This document shows, in pieces, positions 26,464 to 35,249 of a stretch of 64,000 nucleotides of DNA. Each line of letters begins with the position of its first letter. Within the stretch, counting starts at the first letter, position 1. Position numbers and translations under genes: made by a program. The stretch comes from Ignavibacteriota bacterium. Its GTDB lineage: Bacteria; Bacteroidota; Ignavibacteria; Palsa-1295. Below the pieces are notes generated by a model. It saw only the letters and a list, made by a program, of their open reading frames with translations. It was not told the DNA's origin and did no database searches. The stretch is taken from assembly GCA_963736195.1 (NCBI GenBank), contig CAVTNP010000004.1, positions 1,229,153 to 1,293,152 of the forward strand. Reading direction: 5' to 3'.

Positions 26464-26676
26464 TCACGATAGTCCATGAAGAACAACACCCAGCGTCCGA
26501 GGGGGCGAAAAAGCACTCAAGAACCCGCGAGGGTCTTTGTTGGGCAGTGCTTTTTATGCATCAAGGAGGATGCGCGCGACGCTGAATGCAGCATTCGGGG
26601 CTTCGGACCTTCCGAAACCTTGGGCTGTATAACAATAGGAAAGCAAAAGCGTTTCGGGCGTTATCGCAATTTCAAA

Positions 26677-27837
26677 TCAATGCTTGCACGCAGTCGTGAA
26701 GGTAAAAGCATACGCACCGAAGCTTGGAGTGCTCGCGGTAAGCTTGAGCTTGTGGCGCGCAAATCCCTGATTATTGGTGATGCGGTACATGCGGGCATTT
26801 TGAACCAAGATGAAAGTATGCCCGTCGGCCTCCTGAATATCTGCGCCGCGATCGGCTTTTGGCACAGGCTTATCATCTTGTGTCACAATTAGCTTGAAGC
26901 CACTTTCTGCCAGAGGATGAATCACGAGATTAGCCTCCTTCGCCTGATAATCAAAGAGGAGGCTGGCAGGAGCACTCCCGCTGGGCTGAGCATATTCTTT
27001 TCGAACTGTCCACTTCCCATCGAGATAGAGCAAGTCTTTCTTCAAAAGCTTCGGCGCATGGAAATCATGCGAAATGTTGTCGGTATCTTCCACCTCATTA
27101 CCTAGATGATTTCGAGAATAACCGACATACGTCTCTGGTGTTGCCCTGTAGCATGCTGCTCCGGGCTTATCCGTCTCCCGGACCGGCGCCAGCGGCACCG
27201 GCAGATCGATCGTGCTATCGCGTTCGAGCAGGATCTTCTGAAGAAATGCTTCGAATGCTTCGTAATCACCTTCTCCGAAGTGCTCAGCACGAAGCACGCC
27301 ATTTTTATCGAAAAGATATTTCGCCGGCCAATACTGATTTGCCAGTGAATTCCATATCTCGTAATCGTTATCGGCAATGATCGGATAGTTGAGCCCAAAT
27401 TCCTTCACAGCACTATCGAGATTTTTCGGATCTTTCTCGAAATCGAATTCCGGAGAGTGGACTCCAATCAACACAAGCCCCTTATCCTTGTATCTTTCGT
27501 TCCAGGCCTTTATATAAGGAAGCGTCTGAATACAATTAATACACGTATAGTCCCAAATATCGATCAGAACCACTTTCCCCTTCAGTGAATCGCGAAGATA
27601 CTCTGGCGTTACATGAATGAACCGATCTGAGGCATAAGTAATCGGCAGCGGCGGCATGTGGATGTGCTGGCCGCCTACATCCTCGATCTCCTTTGCAAGA
27701 ACCGCACGCTCAGGGGGAAATTTATCGTTCGGCACGCCCTGTCCTCTTCCGCATGATGAAATAACGATACTACTTACCACGACGAGCAGCCATTGGCTTG
27801 CCCGGTATAGCTGGTTTGGTGCGCGAGATATATTCAT
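26677..27837 (-). CDS. Thioredoxin-fold lipoprotein (TlpA/ResA-like redoxin domain, CINC active site) with C-terminal beta-rich domain (DipZ C-terminal-like architecture)
   Basis: Lipobox IVISSCG. The redoxin domain is VVLIDIWDYTCINCIQTLPYIKAWNERYKDKGLVLIGVHSPEFDF. The start is probably Met at 27837; the ORF-track start at 27879 overlaps the upstream glycosylase gene. Confidence 0.7.
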   Translation of the reverse strand: MNISRAPNQLYRASQWLLVVVSSIVISSCGRGQGVPNDKFPPERAVLAKEIEDVGGQHIHMPPLPITYASDRFIHVTPEYLRDSLKGKVVLIDIWDYTCINCIQTLPYIKAWNERYKDKGLVLIGVHSPEFDFEKDPKNLDSAVKEFGLNYPIIADNDYEIWNSLANQYWPAKYLFDKNGVLRAEHFGEGDYEAFEAFLQKILLERDSTIDLPVPLAPVRETDKPGAACYRATPETYVGYSRNHLGNEVEDTDNISHDFHAPKLLKKDLLYLDGKWTVRKEYAQPSGSAPASLLFDYQAKEANLVIHPLAESGFKLIVTQDDKPVPKADRGADIQEADGHTFILVQNARMYRITNNQGFARHKLKLTASTPSFGAYAFTFTTACKH

Positions 27838-28405
27838 TCCCGGTAATATAAAATCTCCAAAGATGCTCCTGAGCGACATTGATGCCTATACGGGTGGAAA
27901 CTGCTATATGATTCGTCGAGATGGGGCTTTCCCCACGAGTAAGGAAGAGTGACTCGCTTTCGATCAGGTCGATTCCATTCTCCTTGCGTGAAAGCGACAT
28001 CGCCTGACAAACTTTGCCAGGGCCATTCGTTAGGTCGCGATCGTGAATCGCCTTAGGACGCATTTTGCGCATTGTTTCGATCCCCTTCACCGGCTCAACG
28101 GCGCGAACGAGCACAGCTTCTGCTAATCCCTCCATATTTGCTGTAATATTAAAGCAATGGTGCATTCCATAGGTGAAATAGACGTACGAAAACCCTCCCT
28201 CGCCGAACATCACGGCATTGCGCGGAGTCTTGCCGCGATAGGCATGGCACGCTTCATCATCAACACAGTAAGCCTCTGTTTCAACGATCTTGCCGATAAG
28301 TTCTCTGCCATCGAATACGCGATGCAAGTACGCGCCAAGTATTTCTTGGGCAACGATGGTGGCTTTCTGTTGGAAGAAAGAGCGTGAAAATCGTTTATAT
28401 GTCAT
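27770..28405 (-). CDS. mpg: DNA-3-methyladenine glycosylase (MPG/AAG family)
   Basis: FFQQKATIVAQEILGAYL...GKIVETEAYCVDDEACHAYRGKTPRNAVMFGEGGFSYVYFTYGMHHCFNI are MPG family motifs. Start is the internal Met at 28405. Confidence 0.8.
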   Translation of the reverse strand: MTYKRFSRSFFQQKATIVAQEILGAYLHRVFDGRELIGKIVETEAYCVDDEACHAYRGKTPRNAVMFGEGGFSYVYFTYGMHHCFNITANMEGLAEAVLVRAVEPVKGIETMRKMRPKAIHDRDLTNGPGKVCQAMSLSRKENGIDLIESESLFLTRGESPISTNHIAVSTRIGINVAQEHLWRFYITGNEYISRTKPAIPGKPMAARRGK

Positions 28406-28562
28406 TGCGAGGAGTCTTTTCTGAGCGAAGCCGTATGACCGATCATACGCAAGAAACGACGACAAAGCGATCTCTCGTTTGAACGAACGGATTGCTTCGT
28501 CGAATGGATCTCCCTTCGGTCGATCCATTCTCCGCGCAATGACATAAAATGATCTTCCTCAT

Positions 28563-29186
28563 CTAATTCCTCCACGCCTTGACAAACTTATTCCGCTTCG
28601 GATCCCAGATCAGCCCATACCAATAATCGCGGCTGCGATACACGCTATACATCACGCGCGGTGAACTAAATATATCGGATGCTTCCGCAGAATGGGGATG
28701 CAGATCGGCTTCTGTAACTTGCTTGATTATCGTATCAAAATCATTGGAATCGACTACCTCGAAATTCTCGTTGGCGAAGAATACGGTGACCAGCGCTCGC
28801 AATCGCTTGAGCTTAATACTATCGGGTAAATGATCTGCTGTATCGAAATACCCACCTGCCAGCCACGAATCTTCGAATAAAGTCTTGCTTCTTGATTTGA
28901 TCGTGAAAGTCAATCGTGTATCATCGACTTTCCCTTTAACATATCCTTCAAACCGGAGCACTTCAGGAATGCTATCGCCGGTAAGATCGAGAGAACGTTG
29001 CGTAGCGAGTTGTTTTGTTCGCTGGAAGCGGCGTTCAGCTTCAAGCTGTAATGCCCGGTCAATGGAATCGAGCTTTAGGAGAGAATCGATGTAATGTTCG
29101 GGTGCGCGAAGCGAATCGGTTGCAACGTATGCATTGGATGGAGACTGCTGTGCAATAGATTGTGAAACAAAAAGAATAACAGTCAT
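28563..29186 (-). CDS. Hypothetical secreted protein (paralogous C-terminal domain shared with the 29330-30217 product)
   Basis: Signal-like MTVILFVSQSIAQQ. The C-terminus ...YWYGLIWDPKRNKFVKAW resembles ...GIVWLPSEKKFVVVW of the neighbouring gene. Confidence 0.4.
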   Translation of the reverse strand: MTVILFVSQSIAQQSPSNAYVATDSLRAPEHYIDSLLKLDSIDRALQLEAERRFQRTKQLATQRSLDLTGDSIPEVLRFEGYVKGKVDDTRLTFTIKSRSKTLFEDSWLAGGYFDTADHLPDSIKLKRLRALVTVFFANENFEVVDSNDFDTIIKQVTEADLHPHSAEASDIFSSPRVMYSVYRSRDYWYGLIWDPKRNKFVKAWRN

Positions 29187-29329
29187 TGCGAGAAGGAATT
29201 GCGAAGCGGAGCGGAGCAATTCCGACGAAGCAATCTCCGGATAGATCAACGAGAGCTTGCATCGTCGAATAAATCTCCCTCCGTTCGATTCATTCTCCTC
29301 GCAATGACAGGGAAAAACCATTGCCTTCA

Positions 29330-30217
29330 CTAACTGTGCCAAACCACCACAAATTTCTTTTCTGAAGGCAGCCATACAATCCCCTTCGAGCCGCGCACAC
29401 CCTCATAAAAATCAAACATGGTTCCTCCGGAGCGTGCGAGTTCCGACATCTCCGCCGACCCTGGCTGAACTTCATCCCAATGCGGCCATTGCTGATAGTT
29501 AATGGAGTCGGTACGAACGAATGCGCCGGCACTGAAAAAGCGGTCAAGCTCTGCCCGAACGACCCGCTTGCGCTCATCGCCACTCAGTTCTGGTCGGCCC
29601 TTGAAATATTCCGATAGTGCCCACTCCTCGCGATACTTCAACGTGTCATGCCGCGTGATTTCAAAGATAACGGAATCGCGATTGATGTCCGGACCAGTAC
29701 GAATAAGGCGCAGCTGGTCGGGAGTGCCATTGTTCTGAAGATCAAAACGGCGCTGGCGTTCGAAATGGCGCGCGCTGTCTGCGGGTTGCCAGGCATCGAC
29801 GTCATCACCCTCGCCTTCTTCATCTACGCCGTTCGGACCAACCCAATAAAGCGTGTAATCGCCAATGCCGACGGTCGGAGGGTAGCGGTAAACGATCTTT
29901 TCCGAGCGCGCGCCAACAGCAATGAAATATCCCTTGCCGTTATCGTTGCGATACAGGTCGATTGGATCGATCTGATTGGGAATGTAATTCCGAATGGAGT
30001 CATAAAGATACGCTTCCGTCGTCTCGGGATAGCGGTGCTTAGACTCATAGAAAAAATGTAACCCCTGCTGAATTTGCGCCATGACATCCCGCGCCGTCTG
30101 CACCGAAGCCCGACTCTTCGCCGAAACATCGATCTCGCGGAAACCAATGTCCTTGCAGCCGGAAACGCCAAGCGCGGCAAACAGCAAAATGGCGAACGGA
30201 ATCGAAAAATATTTCAT
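29330..30217 (-). CDS. Hypothetical lipoprotein with pseudopilin (GspG)-like segment
   Basis: Lipoprotein signal MKYFSIPFAILLFAALGVSGC. The segment KIVYRYPPTVGIGDYTLYWVGPNGVDEEGEGDDV resembles the conserved C-terminal GspG pseudopilin motif. The C-terminal domain is shared with the 28563 gene product. Confidence 0.45.
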   Translation of the reverse strand: MKYFSIPFAILLFAALGVSGCKDIGFREIDVSAKSRASVQTARDVMAQIQQGLHFFYESKHRYPETTEAYLYDSIRNYIPNQIDPIDLYRNDNGKGYFIAVGARSEKIVYRYPPTVGIGDYTLYWVGPNGVDEEGEGDDVDAWQPADSARHFERQRRFDLQNNGTPDQLRLIRTGPDINRDSVIFEITRHDTLKYREEWALSEYFKGRPELSGDERKRVVRAELDRFFSAGAFVRTDSINYQQWPHWDEVQPGSAEMSELARSGGTMFDFYEGVRGSKGIVWLPSEKKFVVVWHS

Positions 30218-30265
30218 CGAGGATTCAAACGCAGATAGGGCGATGAATCATTTCAGATATTACTA

Positions 30266-30715
30266 TCACTTGATTGTGAACCGTAAAATCAGCTCTTCCG
30301 TCATCGACTCTCTATCGTGCCGCCTTCGCTCATATTCGACAAACCCCATTTTGTAATAAAAATTGCGAGTTCGATCATAAGGTGGGTAATCAACAGAGTC
30401 GCCCAAAGTGCTTACCTCGATAATTGATACATTACCTCGCTTCATTTCATCGACTAACTCCTTGAACATAGCGGTTCCCATTCCCTGGCGTTGATTGCTT
30501 GGTAAAATACCCATCCAACCTATGTGGGATATTCCTTGATTGACAAAATAGGTCAGAAACCCAACAATATTCGAATCTTTCTCGGCGACAAAGCCAAATT
30601 GATATTTGCCATCGCGCTCGATCATTTCTCTTCCCTCTTCGGTGAACCATTCGGGAAGCAATTCAGCAATTTTCTGAACAGCAGGTCGGTCGCTGGGAAT
30701 TAGTTGGCGGATCAT
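30266..30715 (-). CDS. GNAT family N-acetyltransferase
   Basis: 149 aa. Acetyl-CoA binding motif region is IGWMGILPSNQRQGMGTAMFKELVDEM. The upstream small gene overlaps by 1 nt. Confidence 0.75.
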   Translation of the reverse strand: MIRQLIPSDRPAVQKIAELLPEWFTEEGREMIERDGKYQFGFVAEKDSNIVGFLTYFVNQGISHIGWMGILPSNQRQGMGTAMFKELVDEMKRGNVSIIEVSTLGDSVDYPPYDRTRNFYYKMGFVEYERRRHDRESMTEELILRFTIK

Positions 30716-30933
30716 TAACCTTCGGCAAGCAATTCCTCTAAAGTCTTTAGTTTCTTCCTGCCCTGGCGGTGCGATTTCACTTCTTGGAGCGCCTCGGTGT
30801 ATGAAGAGCGGAGATTTGTAAGAAACTCCGCCTCGCGGAGCCGCTGCTCGACTTTTTTCCAGTCTTTCATCGGTATCTGAACCGCTGTGTGTTTGCCCTT
30901 TGAATCGCTGATATAACTAAGGCTGTACGTCAT
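30715..30933 (-). CDS. Small hypothetical protein (72 aa), possible antitoxin partner of the GNAT gene
   Basis: TAVQIPMKDWKKVEQRLREAEFL...KKLKTLEELLAEG has a Phd/YefM-like or RHH-like character. It is translationally coupled (ATGA overlap) to the downstream GNAT. Confidence 0.35.
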   Translation of the reverse strand: MTYSLSYISDSKGKHTAVQIPMKDWKKVEQRLREAEFLTNLRSSYTEALQEVKSHRQGRKKLKTLEELLAEG

Positions 30934-30980
30934 GCTGATTTAACCAACAATGAGGGAATATTATTCCGTTGAGCGATGAA

Positions 30981-31940
30981 TCATTTCGCTACGATCACAA
31001 AAGGCTGCACTTGCCCGCCATGCTCCGTTTGCAAGCGGGCGAAATAGACGCCACTCGGAAGCGATGCCGGCAAAGCAACACGGCTCGTGCCAGCGCCAAC
31101 CGAAGCATGGTAAACCGTAGCACCCAGCGCGTTCGCTACTTCGAGCGTGCCTATTTCTTCATCCACGACAACAAGGCTGGTGCTAACGCCATCATTCACC
31201 ACGCGGAAAGTGGCTGCGGGAACTGCCTGCGGTGCCTCCTTCACCGCATCAGCGCACAGGCCGAAGTAATCGCAGAGAACGCGAGTGAGGAAAGGTTGAT
31301 AATATTTGAGATACACTGCATGGTGCATCAAAGCATGAATGCTTGTATCGGGCGGAATCCAGGCAATCGCATCATCGAGTCCACCGTCAGTTTCTTCACC
31401 GTATAGAACAGGAGTAAAATTCCCACGCGGGAAATCGGTTCCAGGGCCCTCAGGATCCAAAGTGTCATAAGAATTACCAACATCAAATCCATTCGTGAAT
31501 TCGGAATCCACACCAAAAAAACGTTCAAAAGTATATACGAGGTCATCGACACTCTCATTTTCTAATCCTAAGAATCTTGCCAAAGTGTCATGGGGCGTAT
31601 CCTGAAAAAAATCTGTAAGGAAATAGTACCCCTCCCAATAGAACTTTCCGCCGTTGTGTATGTACGCAATAAGACGTTGCTGATCCAATATTGACATGGT
31701 GCTAGAATCCACGCGGTTCGGTGTGACCATCAAAATCGCATCATAATCAGATAAATTGACCGGCAATGAATATTCGCTATCGACTTGGCCGGTGTAATCT
31801 GATTTAAGGGCAGCTTGCAAACTTCCATCGCTATTAACAAGTGAATCGCGGAGAAGCAAAATCTTCCCATGCAGCCCTTGCGCGCCAACCGGCGCGAGCG
31901 GAACCATTAGAAAAAGAAGAAGCAGGATGAGTTTTTTCAT
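30981..31940 (-). CDS. Secreted protein with T9SS C-terminal sorting domain
   Basis: Signal peptide MKKLILLLLFLMVPLAPVGAQG (Met at 31940). The C-terminus LEVANALGATVYHASVGAGTSRVALPASLPSGVYFARLQTEHGGQVQPFVIVAK is T9SS CTD-like. Confidence 0.55.
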   Translation of the reverse strand: MKKLILLLLFLMVPLAPVGAQGLHGKILLLRDSLVNSDGSLQAALKSDYTGQVDSEYSLPVNLSDYDAILMVTPNRVDSSTMSILDQQRLIAYIHNGGKFYWEGYYFLTDFFQDTPHDTLARFLGLENESVDDLVYTFERFFGVDSEFTNGFDVGNSYDTLDPEGPGTDFPRGNFTPVLYGEETDGGLDDAIAWIPPDTSIHALMHHAVYLKYYQPFLTRVLCDYFGLCADAVKEAPQAVPAATFRVVNDGVSTSLVVVDEEIGTLEVANALGATVYHASVGAGTSRVALPASLPSGVYFARLQTEHGGQVQPFVIVAK

Positions 31941-32183
31941 AAAAACACCTACCTTGCAAACACCCTTGCCGCAGGAAGGTTGCGGCTGCAAAAAACACCA
32001 ACAATGAACGAGCATCCCACCTATTACTCGTGGTTCACAATTCGAGCGTTGTGTCGCTGTGACTGTTAAGTCACGGTGTAATAATTTCTCCGTACCCTAA
32101 AAGGTACGGCTATGGGTTTCCGTTCTTTGCTTTCACATCTTCGGAGCCGAACGGCGCTCATTTACGTTTGAGGCGTTTCATTT

Positions 32184-33185
32184 ATGGAAGTTCGCAGCAC
32201 CCACCCTTGGATTCACTGGTTCGCTATTTTTACAGCAGCGTGCTGTTTTATGCTGCTATTTATCGGGGGGTTGGTGACAAGCCATCAGGCGGGGCTTTCC
32301 GTCCCCGACTGGCCGACAAGCTACGGGTGGAACATGTTCACCTTCCCAATGAAAGATTGGACGGGTAATATATTTTATGAGCATACGCACCGGTTGTTCG
32401 CTTCGTTCGTGGGTTTTCTGATTCTTTCGCTCGCGATCGTTCTGCAAGTTTATGAGCCGCGTAAGTGGGTGAAGCGCCTTGGGTGGTTTGCGCTTGGTTG
32501 CGTGGTAATGCAAGGCGTGCTCGGTGGGATTACTGTGCTAATGTATCTTCCTCCTGCTGTTTCCAGCGCACACGCCGGGCTTGGACAGACGGTGTTTTGT
32601 TTAACGATCGGTATTGCAATGGTTACCGGCAAACGTTGGGAGCAAACCACCAAACGGATCGAAAACTCAAAATTTGGAGTGCGAACACTTTCGCTGATCA
32701 CCGTGATCGCGATTTTTTGTCAGCTAATGATCGGAGCTGTGATGCGCCACACCTTCTCTGGGCTTGCGATACCAACGTTTCCATTTGCTCCGAACGGCAG
32801 TGTGATTCCCGATTTCTCTTCGTTCGGCGTGGCGATTAACTTTACTCACCGCGTGGGAGCATTTGTGGTTACGGTCATGATGTTCCTGACTGCTCGCAGG
32901 ATCTTTCGTTGGTATCCACGGGAGCGCGCATTTGTGTTTCCAATGATCTTTGCCATGCTATTGCTCGGCATTCAGATCATGCTTGGCGCAATTACGATAT
33001 GGAGCCAGAAAGCGGTTACGCCAACGACGCTGCACGTCTCCAGCGGCGCCGCAATATTGGGAACGATGGTTTATATAATGGTAAAGAGCCGGCATTTGCT
33101 CTCGCCAGTGGCGGCGCATGCGACCCATATGACCGATGGATCACACGCTGTGCAAGAGAAGTTGGTTTCCGCCGAGCTCAACTGA
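32184..33185 (+). CDS. ctaA: Heme A synthase (CtaA/COX15 family)
   Basis: Polytopic membrane protein. Conserved His pairs in TM helices are HRLFASF, HAGLGQTV and FTHRVGAFV. It lies immediately upstream of ctaB. Confidence 0.8.
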   Translation: MEVRSTHPWIHWFAIFTAACCFMLLFIGGLVTSHQAGLSVPDWPTSYGWNMFTFPMKDWTGNIFYEHTHRLFASFVGFLILSLAIVLQVYEPRKWVKRLGWFALGCVVMQGVLGGITVLMYLPPAVSSAHAGLGQTVFCLTIGIAMVTGKRWEQTTKRIENSKFGVRTLSLITVIAIFCQLMIGAVMRHTFSGLAIPTFPFAPNGSVIPDFSSFGVAINFTHRVGAFVVTVMMFLTARRIFRWYPRERAFVFPMIFAMLLLGIQIMLGAITIWSQKAVTPTTLHVSSGAAILGTMVYIMVKSRHLLSPVAAHATHMTDGSHAVQEKLVSAELN

Positions 33186-33186
33186 G

Positions 33187-34092
33187 ATGGAAAACACTGC
33201 GAGACTTAACACCCAGGTTGCACCACCATCGTTCGATTGGCGGCAGCTTCTGCGCGATTTCTACGATCTCTCGAAGCCGGGCATTGGGTTCTATTCTTTG
33301 CTCACAACTGCAACGTCGTTCTGGCTGGCTTCTATTCAATTCAACCTTCCGCTTTTCATTCACACCATGATCGCTACCGGGTTGGTGACGTGCGGCGGTG
33401 GCGCGCTCAATCAAGTGATCGAGATCGAAGCGGATTCACAGATGCGGCGCACCGAAAAACGTCCGCTTCCATCAGGGCGCGTCTCAGCAACGACAGGGCT
33501 TTTATTTGGCGTTCTAACTTCCCTTGCTGGCGCGATCTATATGCTGATGTTCGTAGGCAGCCTTGCAAGCATCCTTGCCGTTGCGACCCTGGGCGGATAT
33601 TTGTTCGTCTATACCCCACTCAAGAAGAAAACGCATCTTTCGACATTAGTGGGAGCTTTTCCCGGAGCGGTTCCCATTCTGATCGGATGGGCAGCGGTGC
33701 GTGGCTCGCTGGATCTCGCGGCGTGGTCGCTGTTCGCGATTCTGTTCTTGTGGCAAATACCTCACTTCCTTGCCATTGCCTGGATGTATCGTAAAGATTA
33801 CGCTCGCGCAGGTTTCCCTATGCTGGCCGTCATCGATCCTGAAGGCTCCCGCGTGGCTTTTCAGGCATTGAGCTACGCGCTGGCGCTTATTCCAGTTAGT
33901 TTGCTTCCTTCGCTGCTGAAACTAACAGGTCCTGTCTATTTCGTAGGTGCGTTGCTATTAGGGATCGGATTTGTAGTGGCCGCCGTTCGAATTACAAATG
34001 CGCGCACCAATACTACGGCGAAACAACTGCTGTTTGCCTCTATCATCTACTTGCCTGTCCTGCTTGTGCTGATGGCCTTGGATAAGGCTTGA
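33187..34092 (+). CDS. ctaB: Protoheme IX farnesyltransferase (heme O synthase, UbiA family)
   Basis: LSKPGIGFYSLLTTATSF...GGGALNQVIEIEADSQMRRTEKRPLPSGR... are UbiA/CyoE motifs. The start is the Met at 33187, right after the ctaA stop. Confidence 0.85.
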   Translation: MENTARLNTQVAPPSFDWRQLLRDFYDLSKPGIGFYSLLTTATSFWLASIQFNLPLFIHTMIATGLVTCGGGALNQVIEIEADSQMRRTEKRPLPSGRVSATTGLLFGVLTSLAGAIYMLMFVGSLASILAVATLGGYLFVYTPLKKKTHLSTLVGAFPGAVPILIGWAAVRGSLDLAAWSLFAILFLWQIPHFLAIAWMYRKDYARAGFPMLAVIDPEGSRVAFQALSYALALIPVSLLPSLLKLTGPVYFVGALLLGIGFVVAAVRITNARTNTTAKQLLFASIIYLPVLLVLMALDKA

Positions 34093-34165
34093 GCGTGTCC
34101 TTTGTGCACTAATACGGGGTGTGAACGAAATCAGGGAATAACGGCTTTCACCTTTCAGATATACT

Positions 34166-34717
34166 ATGATGGAAACCCTCGAACAACGGGCTACGGTGCA
34201 AGACTATGAGCGTCTGGAAGAAGGCGCCCCATACCAACTTATTGGTGGAGAATTAATTATGACCCCAAGTCCTACGCCGTTTCACCAATCGATAGTGCTG
34301 AATATTGGCTCAGTATTAAGTCCTTTCGTCGTCAGAAATCGACTCGGAAAAGTATTCGTATCGCCGATCGCTGTTTATCTAAGTGAAGAAGATGTCTATC
34401 AACCCGATCTCATCTTTATTCGAGCAGATCGCGTGCAGGGAATTCGCAAAGATAAGCTGCGGGTTATGCCCGATCTCGTGATCGAAGTGCTTTCTCCATC
34501 CACGGCCTATTATGATCTGACGCGAAAGCAGGAAATCTACTGCTCCTCTGGTGTGGCGGAATATTGGGTCATTGACCCCGAAGCCGAGACCATCGAGATC
34601 CTGGTCAAGCGTGGCGATCTCTACCAAACCGAACACCTGCTGCACAAAACAGAAACACTCCGCTCGGCGATGTTCCCCGGATTTTCCTTAAATGTTGAGG
34701 ATGTATTCGAGTTTTGA
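34166..34717 (+). CDS. Uma2 family (DUF820) putative endonuclease
   Basis: YQLIGGELIMTPSPTPFHQ...QPDLIFI...PDLVIEVLSPST...AEYWVIDP is the Uma2 family pattern. Confidence 0.75.
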   Translation: MMETLEQRATVQDYERLEEGAPYQLIGGELIMTPSPTPFHQSIVLNIGSVLSPFVVRNRLGKVFVSPIAVYLSEEDVYQPDLIFIRADRVQGIRKDKLRVMPDLVIEVLSPSTAYYDLTRKQEIYCSSGVAEYWVIDPEAETIEILVKRGDLYQTEHLLHKTETLRSAMFPGFSLNVEDVFEF

Positions 34718-34784
34718 GCACCTCTCAAATGTATACGCATTCACGAACCACGACAGGTTTCCGCATGTTTGAAAAACTGTCATT

Positions 34785-35174
34785 ATGAAACGCAAACACA
34801 TTATAGCTCTCGCGGTAGCCGTCGCATTTATTGGTATTGCTGCGTTCGCGCTGGTTGATAACAAGATCGACTATTCCGATTTCGAGAATGCCGCCTCGAG
34901 CGGACGCCGCGCGCAGGTTTCCGGCACGTATGATAAGGAGAAAGGTTCTCATTACGACCTGAATTCCAATACCTTCTCGTTCTATATGAAGGATCGCGCA
35001 GGCCACGAGATGCCCGTAAAATACGCAGGAATGAAACCAAACAATTTTGAGATCGCGCCGAGCGTGGTATGTGTGGGCAAGGTCGAGGGCGGAGTATTCG
35101 AAGCCTCTGACATCCAAACGAAATGCCCTTCGCGCTACGAGGGATCAGGAAAGATGCAAAATCCTGCTTCGTAG
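34785..35174 (+). CDS. ccmE: Cytochrome c-type biogenesis heme chaperone CcmE
   Basis: N-terminal TM anchor, then OB-fold with FYMKDRAGHEMPVKYAGMKPNNFEIAPSVVCVGKV. 129 aa, immediately upstream of ccmF. Confidence 0.75.
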   Translation: MKRKHIIALAVAVAFIGIAAFALVDNKIDYSDFENAASSGRRAQVSGTYDKEKGSHYDLNSNTFSFYMKDRAGHEMPVKYAGMKPNNFEIAPSVVCVGKVEGGVFEASDIQTKCPSRYEGSGKMQNPAS

Positions 35175-35249
35175 GAATTGCTTAGGTAGATCGCTGGAAA
35201 GTAGATCGCTGGAACCGTCCAAAGTCATCATCCTTTTTCTTAATACGCT

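Noticed and set aside
26464-26676. Stem-loops in the intergenic region between the thioredoxin-like gene and the OmpA-family gene
   Set aside because: Only short 5-6 bp stems without a convincing U tract. I could not support a terminator or ncRNA call.
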